A DNA stretch of 64,000 nucleotides from an uncultured bacterium (lineage in GTDB: Bacteria > Verrucomicrobiota > Verrucomicrobiia > Limisphaerales > UBA8199): contig CAVVMW010000021.1 of NCBI GenBank assembly GCA_963749495.1, positions 736,001 through 800,000 on the forward strand, given 5' to 3'. Both the position numbers and the translations under genes were made by a program. The notes below the pieces were generated by a model that saw nothing but the letters and a program-made list of their open reading frames with translations, searched no databases and was not told the DNA's origin. Positions within the stretch are counted from its first letter, which is position 1; every line of letters starts with the position of its first letter. Below, piece by piece: positions 8,740-20,231 of this stretch.

Positions 8740-11467
8740 ATGAGCAACTTCGCCCATTGTTTGAATCAATGTTCGCCGGCCTGGTGGGAATATGCTCTGC
8801 ACGCCACCTGGCAGGCTGCCCTCACGACCGCGATCCTGTTGGGCCTGGCTGCCCTGGGGCGGAAGTGGCCGGCGCCCTGGCGCTACGGGGTGCTGCTGGT
8901 GGCCTTGTTGAAGTTCGCCGTCCCGCCATTCGTGTCGGTGCCGTCCGGAGCGTTCAGCCAACTCGGGCCGCGCGTGGCGGCGTCCGCTCCGGCAAAACCG
9001 GGGAACCAGCCCTCGGTTGGCGCCGCCCGCGATTCCCACTTCGCCCGCGCCGTCTCCGGCGAAACAAACACCGAACTGGGCATGGGACGTTCCGCCCGAT
9101 TCGAGCGTGTTCGCCGCGCAGAGGGCTTCCGCTCACCCAGGGACGGTCTTTGCCAAAGACGCCGGGCTCGACTGGACGGCTTGGCTCATGCTCCTGCACT
9201 TTGCCGGTTGCGCCGCAATGTTCTTTTGGATTGCGCGCCAACTGAGTCGCCTTCGCCGCGCGGTTCGCGCCAGCCGTCCAGTCGCGGAGGGGCCACTGCG
9301 CCTCTTCCTGAACTCGCTGGCCGCCGAGTTGAGGATGAAGCGAATTCCTGCCCTGAGAATTTCGGACCGGCTTGCGGCGCCGGTTGCCTTCGGAGTCCTT
9401 CACCCGACCATTCTCATGCCGGCAACCAACCTCTCCCGGTTTTCGGAACGCGAACTGAAGGTCATTCTCGCCCATGAATTGACCCATTTCCGGCGAGGCA
9501 ACCTCTGGGTGAACTGGGCGCAGCTCCTCTTGCAAGCGATTTGGTGGTTCAATCCGCTGCTGTGGATGTTGAACACGGCCCTGCGCAAGGCCCGGGAGGA
9601 CTGCTGCGACGATTTGCTCTTGGCGCGCAAACTGACCTCCGGCGATCGCTACTGCGATACGCTCCTGCGGGCGGCCGTTGAATTTGGCCGTGCCGAGCCG
9701 CTAACCGGGGCGCTGGGCTTTGGGGAGCGGTTGCACCCCATGGGCCGCCGGTTCGCGCGCATCATGGACGCGGGAGTGCCGCGGGCTTATCGGCTCTCGG
9801 CCTTGGGTTTCGTCGTTGTTTTGGGCATGGGATTCCTCCTGCTCCCCGGCCTGCGCAGCCAGACCGCTTCGCTTGGGCAACAGAGCACAGCTTCGAACCA
9901 GCCTCCGGCGTCGGCCGCCGCTCTAAATCCAGGTGGCTCCGCGCCGGCGCCCGCTTCGGCGACGAACGCGGCGTCGCTGGCTCGGCTCTTTGCCGAGCTC
10001 AAGCTCGACTTCATACGCCAATATCGCGGCCAGGAGCGGCTGCGGCGGGAGTTCAAGGGGCACGGTCAGAAGGCGGTGGCCTTCCTGACCAACGAGCTAG
10101 CCAGTGCCACCTCGTCCGACCAGCGCCAGAAGGCCGCCTGGCTGCTTGGCCAACTGGATAGCCCCGTCCCTCAGGAGGCAATTCAGGCGTTGGCCCGGGC
10201 CCTCGAGGATGGGGACAAGGACGTGGGCCGTTGGGCGGCCATTGCGTTGCGGGACATCGGCCCTCCAGCCAGCCAGGCAGTCCCCGCTTTGATGGAGGCC
10301 TTGAGGTTTCAGAACGGCGCCGCCGGGGACGCGCTGGCCAGGATCGCTCCGGATTCTGAGCCGGTGGCCAAGCTCCTGGCCGGGAGCTTCGAGGATGCGG
10401 CTGGGCCAGAGTTTGCCCGTCGGCAATGGAGGTCACAACTCGCGTTCGCTCTCGGGGAGATGAAGACTAACCGGCTTGAGATCGAAAAGGCCCTCGTAGC
10501 CGCCTACCGATCTCCCGAGGACCAGCTCCCACCGCCGCAAAACATTGGGTATGCTCTCGAGAGCTTAAGACCACAGACTGCCGAAGGGCGAGCGATTGTG
10601 CGCGCCGCCATTGCCGCTTCCCGCAAGGAGTGGCAGGGGCGCTGGTCGCTTCCCCAGGGAGGAGTCGAGGAACTCATCGAAAGGGTCACGAGCCCAACAA
10701 ATCAACGTGGGGCCAATGACGCTTGTAACACCCTCAGTGCCATCGCCATCCGCGGTGACACCAATGCCGCCAAGGCGGTCCCCGCGCTCATTGAGTATGT
10801 GCGCAATCCGGCCAACCAGTATCGTCAGAGCGCCATCAATGCCCTGGGCAACATCAGCCTGGCCGCGAGCAATGCTGTGCCCTGTCTTATGTCGTGTCTC
10901 GATGACGACGATCACGGCGTTCAAGGAAACTCGATCTATGCCCTCGGTCGCATCGGCCCCCCGGCCAGGAGGGCCGTTCCCGCCATCCGGGCGTTGCTCA
11001 CAGATGAACCGAACCGATTTCTGGCCGCAAATGCTTTGTGGCGGATCGATTCCGAGTATGTGCCGCTGGCTTTGTCGGTCTTCATCGAAATGTTGAACCA
11101 GCGTTCGCTCAGGGGTGACATTCTCGCTCTGGCCGTGGATGAGATGGGCCCGCCGGCGAAGCAAGCCCTTCCGGCGCTCGCCCGGTTGCTGGACGAGCAG
11201 GATCCCCAGGTGCGGCTGGCAGCCGCCAAGGCGTTTTGGCACGTTGACCCCGACCATGTCGGTCGGGCTGTGCCCACGCTGGGCATGCTCACGGAAGAAC
11301 TCTTTTCCCAACGTGTGGGTGCGATAAAGCTGCTCGGTGAAATTGGACCTGCCGCCAAGGCCGCTTTGCCCCAGCTCCAGACTTGTCTGAAGGATGAGGA
11401 CGAAGAGGTTGCCGCCGCCGCGGCAAAAGCAGTGCGCGCGATCTCCGGGGACGGAACCGGAGGCTAA
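8740..11467 (+). CDS. BlaR1/M56 peptidase with C-terminal HEAT/PBS-lyase repeats; one frameshift near 8990-9017
   Basis: N-terminal TM 'LHATWQAAL..WRYGVLLVALLKFAVPP' in one frame; 'AHELTHFRR..WWFNPLLW..REDCCD' and HEAT repeats 'AVPAL...L.DED' in ORF 9017..11467. Confidence 0.8.
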
Positions 11468-11518
11468 TTGGAGGATTTTCTATTTCCCAGGCCCACCTCT
11501 GGCGTTACTTTCTCAAAC

Positions 11519-13807
11519 ATGAAGAACAAGCAGCCTCGTCCTCTCACCTGGTTGTTCCCGGCGTGTCTTGCGGTTGGCATCGTCGTCGCATTCAGCCTTC
11601 TTTCGCGCTCGCCCTCGGGCAAGCGGCATGCACAGGAATCCTCCTCGCGCCCGGGCGAGGGGATCGCTTCGCCCGCGGCCGCCAAGGCCGGCGCGCTCGA
11701 TCTGGTCGGGGTCGTCAAGAGTGCTGATGGCCAACCGGTGACCAACGCCTCCATTTTCATCTACACCGCTCAACCCCGATCGGGCCCGGGGTTTCTCTGA
11801 CCGTCCTGCTATGCGGATTGCCGCAAGAGCACCACGGCGGATGCTCAAGGAAAGTTCAGAATTGCATCGGTTGACCCGGCGCTGCTGTTCCGCGTCCTGG
11901 TGGTCGCCAAGGGGTTCGAGCCGGCCTTTTTCAACAAGGTTGACCCGCTGAAGGGGCCGCTGGAAGCCGGTCTGAAACCGCGCTCTGCTCCTGCGATGCC
12001 TCCCAGCCAGATCATTCTAGGCAGCGTGCTCGACCCGGCGAAACGGCCCCTGGTTCACGCTGTCGTCTCGGTGGAAACCACCACCGTCGGCAACACGACT
12101 CATGGCCGGCCTCTGGTCGGCACCGACCCTCTGGCAGTGACCGATGAGGCCGGCGAGTTCGAGATTCGCTGTCCGCAGAAGTTCGATTCCATGAGCCTAC
12201 GCGTCGAGGCACGGGGCTTTGCCCGCCGGGATTTTCCCGAGACCCGCCCGGGGCCGCAAAGGCGAGACCTGATCGTGACACCCGGCGGCGCCTTGATCGG
12301 GTGTGTTCTGCACGACGGCAAGCCGGTAAGAGGCATCTCAGTTGGCGTCGCTTCGGTGGACCGCAGGATGGGGAATTTCACCGGAGATTTCGTCGCCGGC
12401 ACCGGTGAGGACGGCAGGTTCATCTTCCCGAATCTGCCGCCATATCGGGAGTATGCGGCCTACGGCATCCTGAATTCTCTCAAGGGTGTCGGCGCCTTGC
12501 CGACCAAGGTCATTCGGGTGAAAGGGGATGGCTCGACAAACAATCTGGGTGATTGGGAAATGACCGCCGGTTTCCGCCTTGCAGGACAGGTGCGCCTGTG
12601 CAACGGCAATGGCATCCCAGCTCACACGCACTTGACGGTTGGGTGCAAGGCCGCCTGGGACTCCACGAGCCTCGAGTTGCCGCCGGACGGACTCTTCAGC
12701 TTTTCAAATCTGCCCGCCGAGGCCTTGGAGGTAAACACCCGCATTGAGGGCTTTCGGTTTTCCGTGCAGAACGCCAGCCTGGACCGGTTGAACCCCTTCC
12801 GGTTGCTGGGCCGACTCGAAGCCGATAAAACCAATCTGGTCATTCTCCTGGAGCCGGGCAGGAATCTCGACTCGGAGAACGACCCGGAGGACGCGCGGCC
12901 CGAGAACCTCCCCTTGTGCGGCGCCGAGGTCAAACACGCGATCCCCAGCACGTTGCTCGTGAGTGGACACGTCCTCGACGCGGGCAACGGCGCCCCTGTC
13001 CCCCAGTTTCGGATTACGCCGGGGCTGCGCCGCTCCCCCATGTCAACGCAGGTCCAGTGGCAGCGAAGCAAGTCAATGCCAGGGACGAACGGCAGCTTTC
13101 TCATCGAAATGCCTGGAAAGGGCGGCGTTATAGTTTTCCAGGCGGAAGCTCCGGGCTACCTGACGGCCATTTCCGAGCCGCTCGCGGCTGGTGCCTCGAA
13201 CTGTGTGGTGCGGATCAAAAGGGGCGGCCATCCGTCCGGGATTGTCCGGTTGGCTGAGGGGACGCCATTGCCAAATGTGGAGGTCATTTACCTCAGTGGG
13301 GAGGAACAGGCAGATGTGGACCAGGACGGACGGTTGGGGCCGTTTGGGAAAGATATGACTCAAATGACGGACTCGACCGGCCGGTTCAGCTTTGCTCCAA
13401 AGCCCGGGCTGGGCGAACTGGTCATTGCTTGCCCCAGCGGATTTGGGAGGCTTTGGCTCGCTTCACCGGAGGGAACTAACGTCATCATCGTCCAGCCTTG
13501 GGCGGAAGTGCGCGGCCGGCTCGTGAAAGGCGGAAGACCGGTCCAAAACGAACATGTCGATATCTCGTTCCGTTCGGGATGGACACCGGGCGAGCCTCAT
13601 CTCGGGCTTCATGGCGCCGTCACCGACGAGGGGGGACGGTTTACCATCGGCCATCTTCCGCCAGAGCAACTGCAGATCACGACCCGCGTGTTCGATGGGC
13701 CAAGGCGAGATAGCTGGATGGAACAAGCCGAACGGCAGTTCACTGTTCAGCCCGGGGAGAAGGTTAACCTTGGAGATGTCGAAAAGAGCGGTGCAGGTCT
13801 GCCATAG
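11519..13807 (+). CDS. Exported protein with carboxypeptidase-regulatory-like repeats and in-frame UGA (codon 94, 11798-11800); candidate selenoprotein
   Basis: ORFs 11468..11800 and 11900..13807 are in the same frame, separated only by TGA; read-through gives TAQPRSGPGFL-U-PSCYADCRKSTTADAQGKFRI. Confidence 0.7.
11801..11837 (+). promoter_or_regulatory. Putative bacterial SECIS hairpin
   Basis: Hand-folded CCGU[CC]UGCU[A]UGCGG-AUUG-CCGCA[AG]AGCA[CC]ACGG starting right after the UGA; apical loop 16 nt downstream of UGA. Confidence 0.5.
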
Positions 13808-14235
13808 TCACAGCCCCAGCTTCTTCACGGCCGCCTGGGTCCTGGCGCTCTCGTAGCCATACCACGCATCCACGATCTTGCCGTCGCGGCCGATGACGTA
13901 AGTCTCCAGAAATAATCACCGTCCCCTACGAGGATGCCGCGGGGTTTCGTGTGGCCCACAAGCGTCATCTCGACTCGCGCATAATTGGGCTTCTTGAGCC
14001 AGATCCGATAAACGGCAACGACGTGAGACCGTCCTAGCATCTCCATCCGGTAATCACCGGTCCAGGACAAGGTCGTCGCCTTGCGCATGGCATCCATCAT
14101 CTCCCTGTAGAGCTGGTGCGCCGCCGGGTCATCCTGAAACGCAGTCTCGACCGTATTCGTCTGCTTGGAGCAGGCGCCAAGAAAACAGAAACAAACGCCC
14201 ACCGCCAGGCCCGCCTTGATCCATTTGTCTCTCAT
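13808..14235 (-). pseudogene. LolA/DUF2092-like lipoprotein plus TlpA redoxin, middle deleted
   Basis: Lipobox 'FLGAC', 'IWLKKPNYARVE..ILVGDGDYFW' then a junction (~13905) to 'TYVIGRDGKIVDAWYGY..AVKKLGL*' in another frame. Confidence 0.6.
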
Positions 14236-14390
14236 ATTAATCCGGCTTGTTTCGAAGTTGCCCCTCACCCCTCTACCGCCGCCCCGCTGACTCCCGTAGG
14301 TTGCACCATGCCTGGCCGTTGTCAATCACCTTCGCCGGATGCTCCCATGCCGCCGTGAGGCTGCCAGCCCGGCGGCCGGCTGGCGGGCTT

Positions 14391-14714
14391 TCACTGATTG
14401 GGTGAGGGAATTTGAGTCGCGTTTTTCTGTTCCCAACCGTCAAAATCTCCATCCGGCGAGAAGGCTTCCTGGACGCTGCCGTTGCAGAAGAGGTAATCCC
14501 TGGTCCATCCGCCGAGCGGGTTTGGTCTGGCAACCCTTTCCCGGGCGAAAATGGCCCCCGGCCACTTGATGCTCGCGGTTCCCACATTCATCAACTCAAA
14601 GCTGTCCAGCACCTCTTTGGAAAAGCTGACTACCTCTCCGAAAGCAGGCTCGGATTTTCGAGCGACATACTCGTGCAGCAGTTGGGCATCTGATTTGCAC
14701 TGCATTTCAACCAT
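14391..14714 (-). pseudogene. ECF sigma factor with C-terminal extension, almost entirely deleted internally
   Basis: 'KSDAQLLHEYVARKSEPAFGEVV' (ECF start) fused directly to an extension tail 'ARERVARPNPLGGWTRDYLFCNGSVQ'. Confidence 0.65.
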
Positions 14715-15222
14715 TATACAACCGCACCCGGCAAAATCCGACAAGAGGCTTTCAATTGCGCTTCCCTATCTGCTTGAGCGACATTCTCCAGAAGCTCGAC
14801 ATTCCTGTTCGCTTTTCGCGTGCTGCCGGAGGTCGGCCAGGAACTGGGCATCAGCGAAAACGCCGGCCCCATGCGGGCTTCTGGCGCGGCGGCAACCACA
14901 GCTACCCACGCAAACCTCACGAGTATTTTCAGCGCAAAGAAATATGCCGCGTTATATAGATTTCCTCGGAAATGCAGCCAGCGTGGTCAGTCTTGTCACG
15001 GAGGGACACCTGAGAATATCCGTTTGCTCTTCGCCCGGAGACAACTAGCAGCGGCCTTGGGGTCGTGCGCGGCCCAAACCGCCGCCACTTCGGGGGCCGA
15101 TTCCGATTGCGCGTGCCCGGGCAACGATGCGCATGGGCGCAGAAAAGAAGTGCGGGATTCCGGGTCTCGGGAACCAATAATAGAATTTCGTTTTCGCCCG
15201 GCAGCGGCAGTATTAGGGATAG

Positions 15223-16875
15223 ATGGCCGAACTGAAGACAGACCGGGATTTGCTGAGGGACTATGCGGCAAGAGGGTCGGAGAGCGCCTTCCAGGCGCTG
15301 GTGGAGCGGCATTTGGACCTTGTATTTGCCACCGCTCTGCGCGGTCTGAACGATGACGGGGCGGCACAGGAGATTACGCAGAACGTGTTCATTGCTTTGG
15401 CGCACAAGGCCGCATGGCTGAGCGCCGAAACCAGCCTGGCCGGTTGGCTGCACAAGACGGCCTTGCTCGAGGTCCGGCGCTGGTGGCGCGGCGAGCTGCG
15501 TCGCCGGCGGCGCGAACAAACCGCCGTCCAACTCGGCACGGTTATGAAAGACGAGGACTCCCTGCTCAAGGCCCTGGCGGGCGAACTGGACGAGGGTCTG
15601 CTGGAGCTGCGCGAGGCGGACCGGCAGGCCCTGCTGCTCCGCTATTTCGAAGGCCGCAGCCACCGGGAAATCGGCGCCCTGCTCGGCGCCCGCGAAGACG
15701 CCGTCCGAATGCGCATCGACAAGGCGCTGGGGCGGCTCACCCACTTCTTCCGTCGCCGCGGCTACGCCGTGCCCGCCGTGACAACGAGTGCGACGGTCCT
15801 CGGTGCGGCGGCCAAGGCGGCACCGGCAGGGCTCGCCATCGCCGCCACGCGCTCGGCCCTGACGGCCGGAGGCGGCGGCGCCTTGAGCGGCCTCAAACCC
15901 CTGCTTGCAAGATTTATGGGCCTCACTAAAGCACAAACCGCTGTCTTGTGCGTGGCCATCACGGCCACGCCTGTCGCCTGGGAATGGAACGTGAACCGGG
16001 TGTCGCTGAACCGGGCGGCGCTCGCCCAATGGGAGATCGAAGTGGCTCGCACACAGGAGGATCAATCTTCGGCCGATCTCGACCGATTGCGGGCCGAGTC
16101 CGCCCGGCTGGATGCGGCCCTTGCCGACGCGGAGAAGAGCCAGGCGCGCTATGAAACAGCGGCCCGCAAACTCGATGACCTGAAGGCCCGAGTCCGAGGC
16201 CTGCTGACGGACGCTAACTACCACTGGCCCGACGATTTGCCCTATGTCCGCGTCCCGAAAAGCGTTGTTAAATCCCTGGAGTTGGTGCGCCTGCACCCGG
16301 GCAACTTCATGCCCGCTAGCCCTATGGAAGAACCGGTGCTGGAGTTGCTCGGGATGACGGCGCAAGAGAAGGCGCCTACCGAAGAGGCCTTGGCCAATCA
16401 TTGGCGCGGCGTCGAGGATTTGATGACGGCCAACGCGTATGAGACCAATCTCCCCGGCCCGCAAACGGGGCTGTTGACAAAAACGGTAATCGTTCCGCCG
16501 CTGGGCCAACCACTGAGGGCCCTGGCCGAGGAGACGGGCCGGCGGCTGGCACATGTCCTGGGCGCCGAGCGCGAACAGCTCCTCTTCGGCGATGGAGAGC
16601 AAGGAGCCGTCCAGTTCTGGTATGGCACCAAGGGGAATATTGCGAAGGGGCCGCAGATCTTTACCGTATGGATCGGCCCCGCGGAGCCCAACCAGGCGCC
16701 GCGGTATGGCGTCAGTTGGTTCCTACCGGGCGCCGGGGGGATGGGGGGGCCGCCCAGCGGCACTGATCTAGGAGGTTCCCTGAGTGGCTTGCCGCGGGGC
16801 ATCGCCACGCGATTCTTCGCCCCGTGGCTGAGCCAATTCGGCGTCACAACCCCGACGCAATTCTATGGCGAATAG
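15223..16875 (+). CDS. ECF sigma-70 factor with TM, coiled coil and extracytoplasmic extension
   Basis: 'DRDLLRDYAARGSESAFQALVERHLDLVFATALR..AQEITQNVF', 'LDEGLLELREADRQALLLRYFEG..EDAVRMRIDKAL'. Confidence 0.88.
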   Translation: MAELKTDRDLLRDYAARGSESAFQALVERHLDLVFATALRGLNDDGAAQEITQNVFIALAHKAAWLSAETSLAGWLHKTALLEVRRWWRGELRRRRREQTAVQLGTVMKDEDSLLKALAGELDEGLLELREADRQALLLRYFEGRSHREIGALLGAREDAVRMRIDKALGRLTHFFRRRGYAVPAVTTSATVLGAAAKAAPAGLAIAATRSALTAGGGGALSGLKPLLARFMGLTKAQTAVLCVAITATPVAWEWNVNRVSLNRAALAQWEIEVARTQEDQSSADLDRLRAESARLDAALADAEKSQARYETAARKLDDLKARVRGLLTDANYHWPDDLPYVRVPKSVVKSLELVRLHPGNFMPASPMEEPVLELLGMTAQEKAPTEEALANHWRGVEDLMTANAYETNLPGPQTGLLTKTVIVPPLGQPLRALAEETGRRLAHVLGAEREQLLFGDGEQGAVQFWYGTKGNIAKGPQIFTVWIGPAEPNQAPRYGVSWFLPGAGGMGGPPSGTDLGGSLSGLPRGIATRFFAPWLSQFGVTTPTQFYGE

Positions 16876-17776
16876 GAGGAACAGACTCCGGCTGGCATTG
16901 CTGGCCGTTTGTGCAGGCGCGATTGGCTTCAGCGCCTTCCACCGGATCGCGGAGCGAACCAGGGCGACCGTGGCCGAGAGGGAACGCCAATGGCGGGCGG
17001 GCATGAACCGGCTGGCTGGAACCTACGCAACGGCCACGGCCTTGCGCGGCGAGATGCTGAAAAAATAGAATCGCCTGCGACAAGCCCTGCGGCATCCGGA
17101 CACCAGCCCGGAGGCGCTTAGCTTCCTGGAAGGAGACGCCGCTAAAGGCACTGCCGCCGCATCGGCCGAATTGCGGGAGCAACTCGGCGTCGGCTGGGAC
17201 AGTTCTCCCAACTATGTCCTGGTCAGCAAGCGGGCGCTCAAGCAACTCGAATATAAGCGGCTTGTCTATGGGACCCGCGCCACGGACACTGCCTGTGAGT
17301 TGCTGGCCCTCTCACCGCACGAGCAGTCTGCCCTGCAGTCGGCCCTTCAGCATGCCGCAGACACGGCCTTTCTCAAGGCACAGCGGAGCGAGCCGAGTGG
17401 AGACATCGTCGCGCAATACACTGTCCCGCCGCTGGACCCGGCGTTTGAACAGGGCCTGAGCAACAGCTTCGCCGCAGAGCTTGCAGGCGCGGTTGGCCCC
17501 GAACGCACCGACGCTCTTCTGCCCCAGGCGTGGCGCGAGTCAAGGCCGCTTCTGGCGCCAAGAGAGGCGGAGACGATGACCATCCGCCGCGTAGGCGCCG
17601 ATGGTGAGCCGGATTTGATTTGTGAACTGAACCGAGGCGGCCATGTTGATAGGTCTCCCGTCCGGTATGCGCATTATCCCTCAGGGTGGTTTCTGCGGAT
17701 GTTCCCCGGCGGCTGGGAAACGCTCGCCCAGCGCGAGGGATTCGAGGTGCCTCGGAGGTTTCACGACCAGAACTGA
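16865..17776 (+). CDS. Membrane-anchored hypothetical protein paralogous to the upstream ECF extension; frameshift at A-run ~17060
   Basis: ORF 16865..17068 (TM and coiled coil) continues in ORF 17171..17776; overlaps the ECF stop. Confidence 0.6.
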
Positions 17777-17862
17777 GTTAGTCACAGGATGACGATGTGA
17801 ACGTCGTTTCCTTCCGTTCTTGTTTTCCTCAGGCAGTCCGGGCGACTGCGGAGCGTCCATTT

Positions 17863-17934
17863 AACCGCAGAGACGCGAAGACCGCGGAGATTCGCGCGGT
17901 TTGTCTTCTCTGCGTTCTTTGTGTCTCTGCGGTT
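17863..17934. repeat. REP-like imperfect inverted repeat (aaccgcagagacgc... type)
   Basis: aaccgcagagacgcgaagaccgcggaga (17863-17890) versus tctctgcgttctttgtgtctctgcggtt (17907-17934). Confidence 0.75.
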
Positions 17935-18026
17935 TCATGGCCCGTCCGAACCAGCCTGGTGTCCCGCTCCGCTCCATTCGTCGGTGTCCCTCTTTCTGAT
18001 TGGCGGCAATTCTCTAGTAAAAGACA

Positions 18027-18947
18027 ATGCGCACAATGAGCGATTGGGAACTGCTTGAGGATTACGTGAAGAGGCGCTCTGAAGCCGCTTTCGCCGAACT
18101 GGTCCGGCGTCACATCAACTGGGTCCACTCGGTCGCGCTTCGCCGGGTCGGCAACCCGGGCCTGGCCGAGGACATCGTTCAAGCGGCCTTCGTCTCGAAG
18201 CGGTTTGTGGCTGATCCGGGGCCGCCCGGAAGCGAAGACCCGCGTTGGCTGCGGCGGGAGGACCTGCCGGCCTCCAAGGCCAGGATGGTTCTCGAACCGG
18301 GCTACGAATTGAAGGGGTTTGTGCTCGATGATACCGGCGCGCCTCTGGCCGCCGCCAAGGTCAGCCAGATCGGAGGCTCGAATTACGAGCCGGGCAGCGT
18401 CAAGACCGGAGCGGACGGGAGCTTTCGGATGACCTCCCTGCCGCAGGGCGCGGCGCAGGTTTCAGCCTGGGCCAAGGGCTTTGCTCCATGCCTGCTCGGA
18501 ATCCAGGTCGGCTCGAACAGCCCGGCGGCAGTGTTCCGGCTGAACCATGGGGCAAAATTCTCTTTCCGGATTGTTGATGACCAAGAGGGCGCTGGCATTC
18601 CCGATGCCTGGGCAACCATCAACCTGTCGATCCCTCACAACGCCGAGTTCCGCGCAATCACCGACGCCGCGGGCCGGGCCACGCTCGAAGGCATCCCCAC
18701 CAACGTCCTGGGTGGATTGGTCTTCCACGCCGGGGCCCAGGGCTACTTTATTGCGCACCACATCGCACTCAGGCATGACAATCCCGATCCGGTCATCCGG
18801 CTCACGAAGTCTCTCCGGGTCTCCGGGACCGTTCGTGAGGATTTCCCCACGAAACCTGGTCAGGCGGTTCTCTGGCTGGGCCAGACAGCAAACTCCATTG
18901 TCGCAGGGGGCTTATACGGTGCCACGAACCCGGCAACAGATTTCTGA
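18027..18947 (+). pseudogene. ECF sigma region-2 fragment fused to carboxypeptidase-regulatory-like domains (internal deletions)
   Basis: 'SDWELLEDYVKRRSEAAFAELVRRHINWVHSVALRRVGNPGLAEDIVQAAF' jumps at ~18195 to 'LKGFVLDDTGAPLAAAKV' modules; region 4 absent. Confidence 0.7.
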
Positions 18948-18964
18948 CCGTTAGATTCGGGCCA

Positions 18965-19903
18965 TCACCCAGGCTCAAGCATGGCGGCGATCGTGGAGAT
19001 CGCGTTCCCCTCCAGCCGGTTGTTGACGAAGACGAACGTCCGCCGCTTCGGCCCCGCCGCCTTTCCCTCCGCGACAAGCGCCTTCCCCGCCGCCCGCGCT
19101 TCCGGGTTCTCCTCTTTGATGCTGTCGTAAGGCTCGAACGCTTTGACCGCCTGTTCGTATTTGCGGCCTGGTTTGAGAAGGAACCGGGCCGCGACGAGGT
19201 CCGGGTTGGTCCGGCTGCCGGGCAGCGCCATCTGCTCGCCGACCGGAGGCATCGCGTCCCACGAATTGAAGACGTGCGTGACCTGGTGCCGGGTGAGGCA
19301 CTCGAAGTATTCCGGCTTGAGCCAGTTCCGGTTCCGCATCTCCACGCCATACGGCCAGCCTTTGGGGAGCTGGCCCAGGAACTTGTCGAGGTCGGCGATG
19401 AAGTCGCGGCCATGTTCGTAGTCGGTCGGCCAGAACCTGGAAAACTCGAACATCAGCAGGCCGATGGCGTGGCGGACAGACTCACAAGGCTTGAGGAATG
19501 CCTTCACGAACAAGTCGGCGTTGAGGAAGTTGTCATTGGGTTTCCCGGCCTGCTGGCCGAAGCGGTCCAGATTGGGGAACTTCTTGAGCGTGATGGCGTC
19601 GGTCACTTTGAGGCCGAACAGGAAATCGTCCGGCGCCTGGCCGACCATGCCCTGCAAATACTGCTGGCTGGGGAAGGTGTAATAGGCCGCATCGACGCAG
19701 ACGGTCTTGAAGACCTCGGCGTATTCCGCCAGGCAGTCGCGCTTGAACCTGGTTTCGGCGAACTTGCCTCGGTATTCGTAGCGGCTGCGGTCGTAGAGCA
19801 TTCCGCACCAGCCGGGGTATTTCCACGAGGACGTGCCGATATACAGGCCCTGCGCCGCCAGGGAGGCAGCCCGCTGCGCCAGGTCTTGCCGGGTGAAGTT
19901 CAC
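18965..19903 (-). CDS. DUF72 (YecE-like) protein
   Basis: 'YIGTSSWKYPGW', 'LAEYAEVFKTVCVDAAYYTFP', 'YGVEMRN..W', 'FVFVNN'. Confidence 0.92.
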   Translation of the reverse strand: MNFTRQDLAQRAASLAAQGLYIGTSSWKYPGWCGMLYDRSRYEYRGKFAETRFKRDCLAEYAEVFKTVCVDAAYYTFPSQQYLQGMVGQAPDDFLFGLKVTDAITLKKFPNLDRFGQQAGKPNDNFLNADLFVKAFLKPCESVRHAIGLLMFEFSRFWPTDYEHGRDFIADLDKFLGQLPKGWPYGVEMRNRNWLKPEYFECLTRHQVTHVFNSWDAMPPVGEQMALPGSRTNPDLVAARFLLKPGRKYEQAVKAFEPYDSIKEENPEARAAGKALVAEGKAAGPKRRTFVFVNNRLEGNAISTIAAMLEPG

Positions 19904-20039
19904 GCCCCCTGTTTAAGCCGATTGCCTCGGGATTTCAATCAGCTTGGAAGGGCAGCGTGGTGGAGCCGCATTCCCGGATCAGCCAGGTTTCCGCCCACAG
20001 GGGCAGCGCAATGATCATGCCGCGCCGTATAACCTCACA

Positions 20040-20222
20040 GGTGAGCGCCCCGGTCAGGTAGATAGCCGTGGCGATGCCCAATCCCCACACGATGGCCACT
20101 TGGAAGACACCGACCTGCGCCCCCGTCAGCACCGCTGCGCTCACGCTGCCGCAGCCGAAGAACACCAGCAGAAACGTTCCGAGCATCTCCCCGGCAAACC
20201 ACTTGGGAACGCGGTCCATCAC
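20040..20222 (-). pseudogene. MIP/aquaporin N-terminal fragment
   Basis: 'GEMLGTFLLVFFGCGSV..QVAIVWGLGIATAIY.TGAL' truncated before the first NPA motif. Confidence 0.8.
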
Positions 20223-20231
20223 CGGGGTATT

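Noticed and set aside
14929..16602. Long antisense ORFs (e.g. 14929..16602, 25476..26837, 23642..24973, 53110..54441)
   Set aside because: Shadows of real genes in high-GC DNA; no recognisable motifs
17055..17068. TAG read-through or programmed frameshift at the A6 run
   Set aside because: Continuation is in another frame; a homopolymer indel is the simpler explanation given many similar errors
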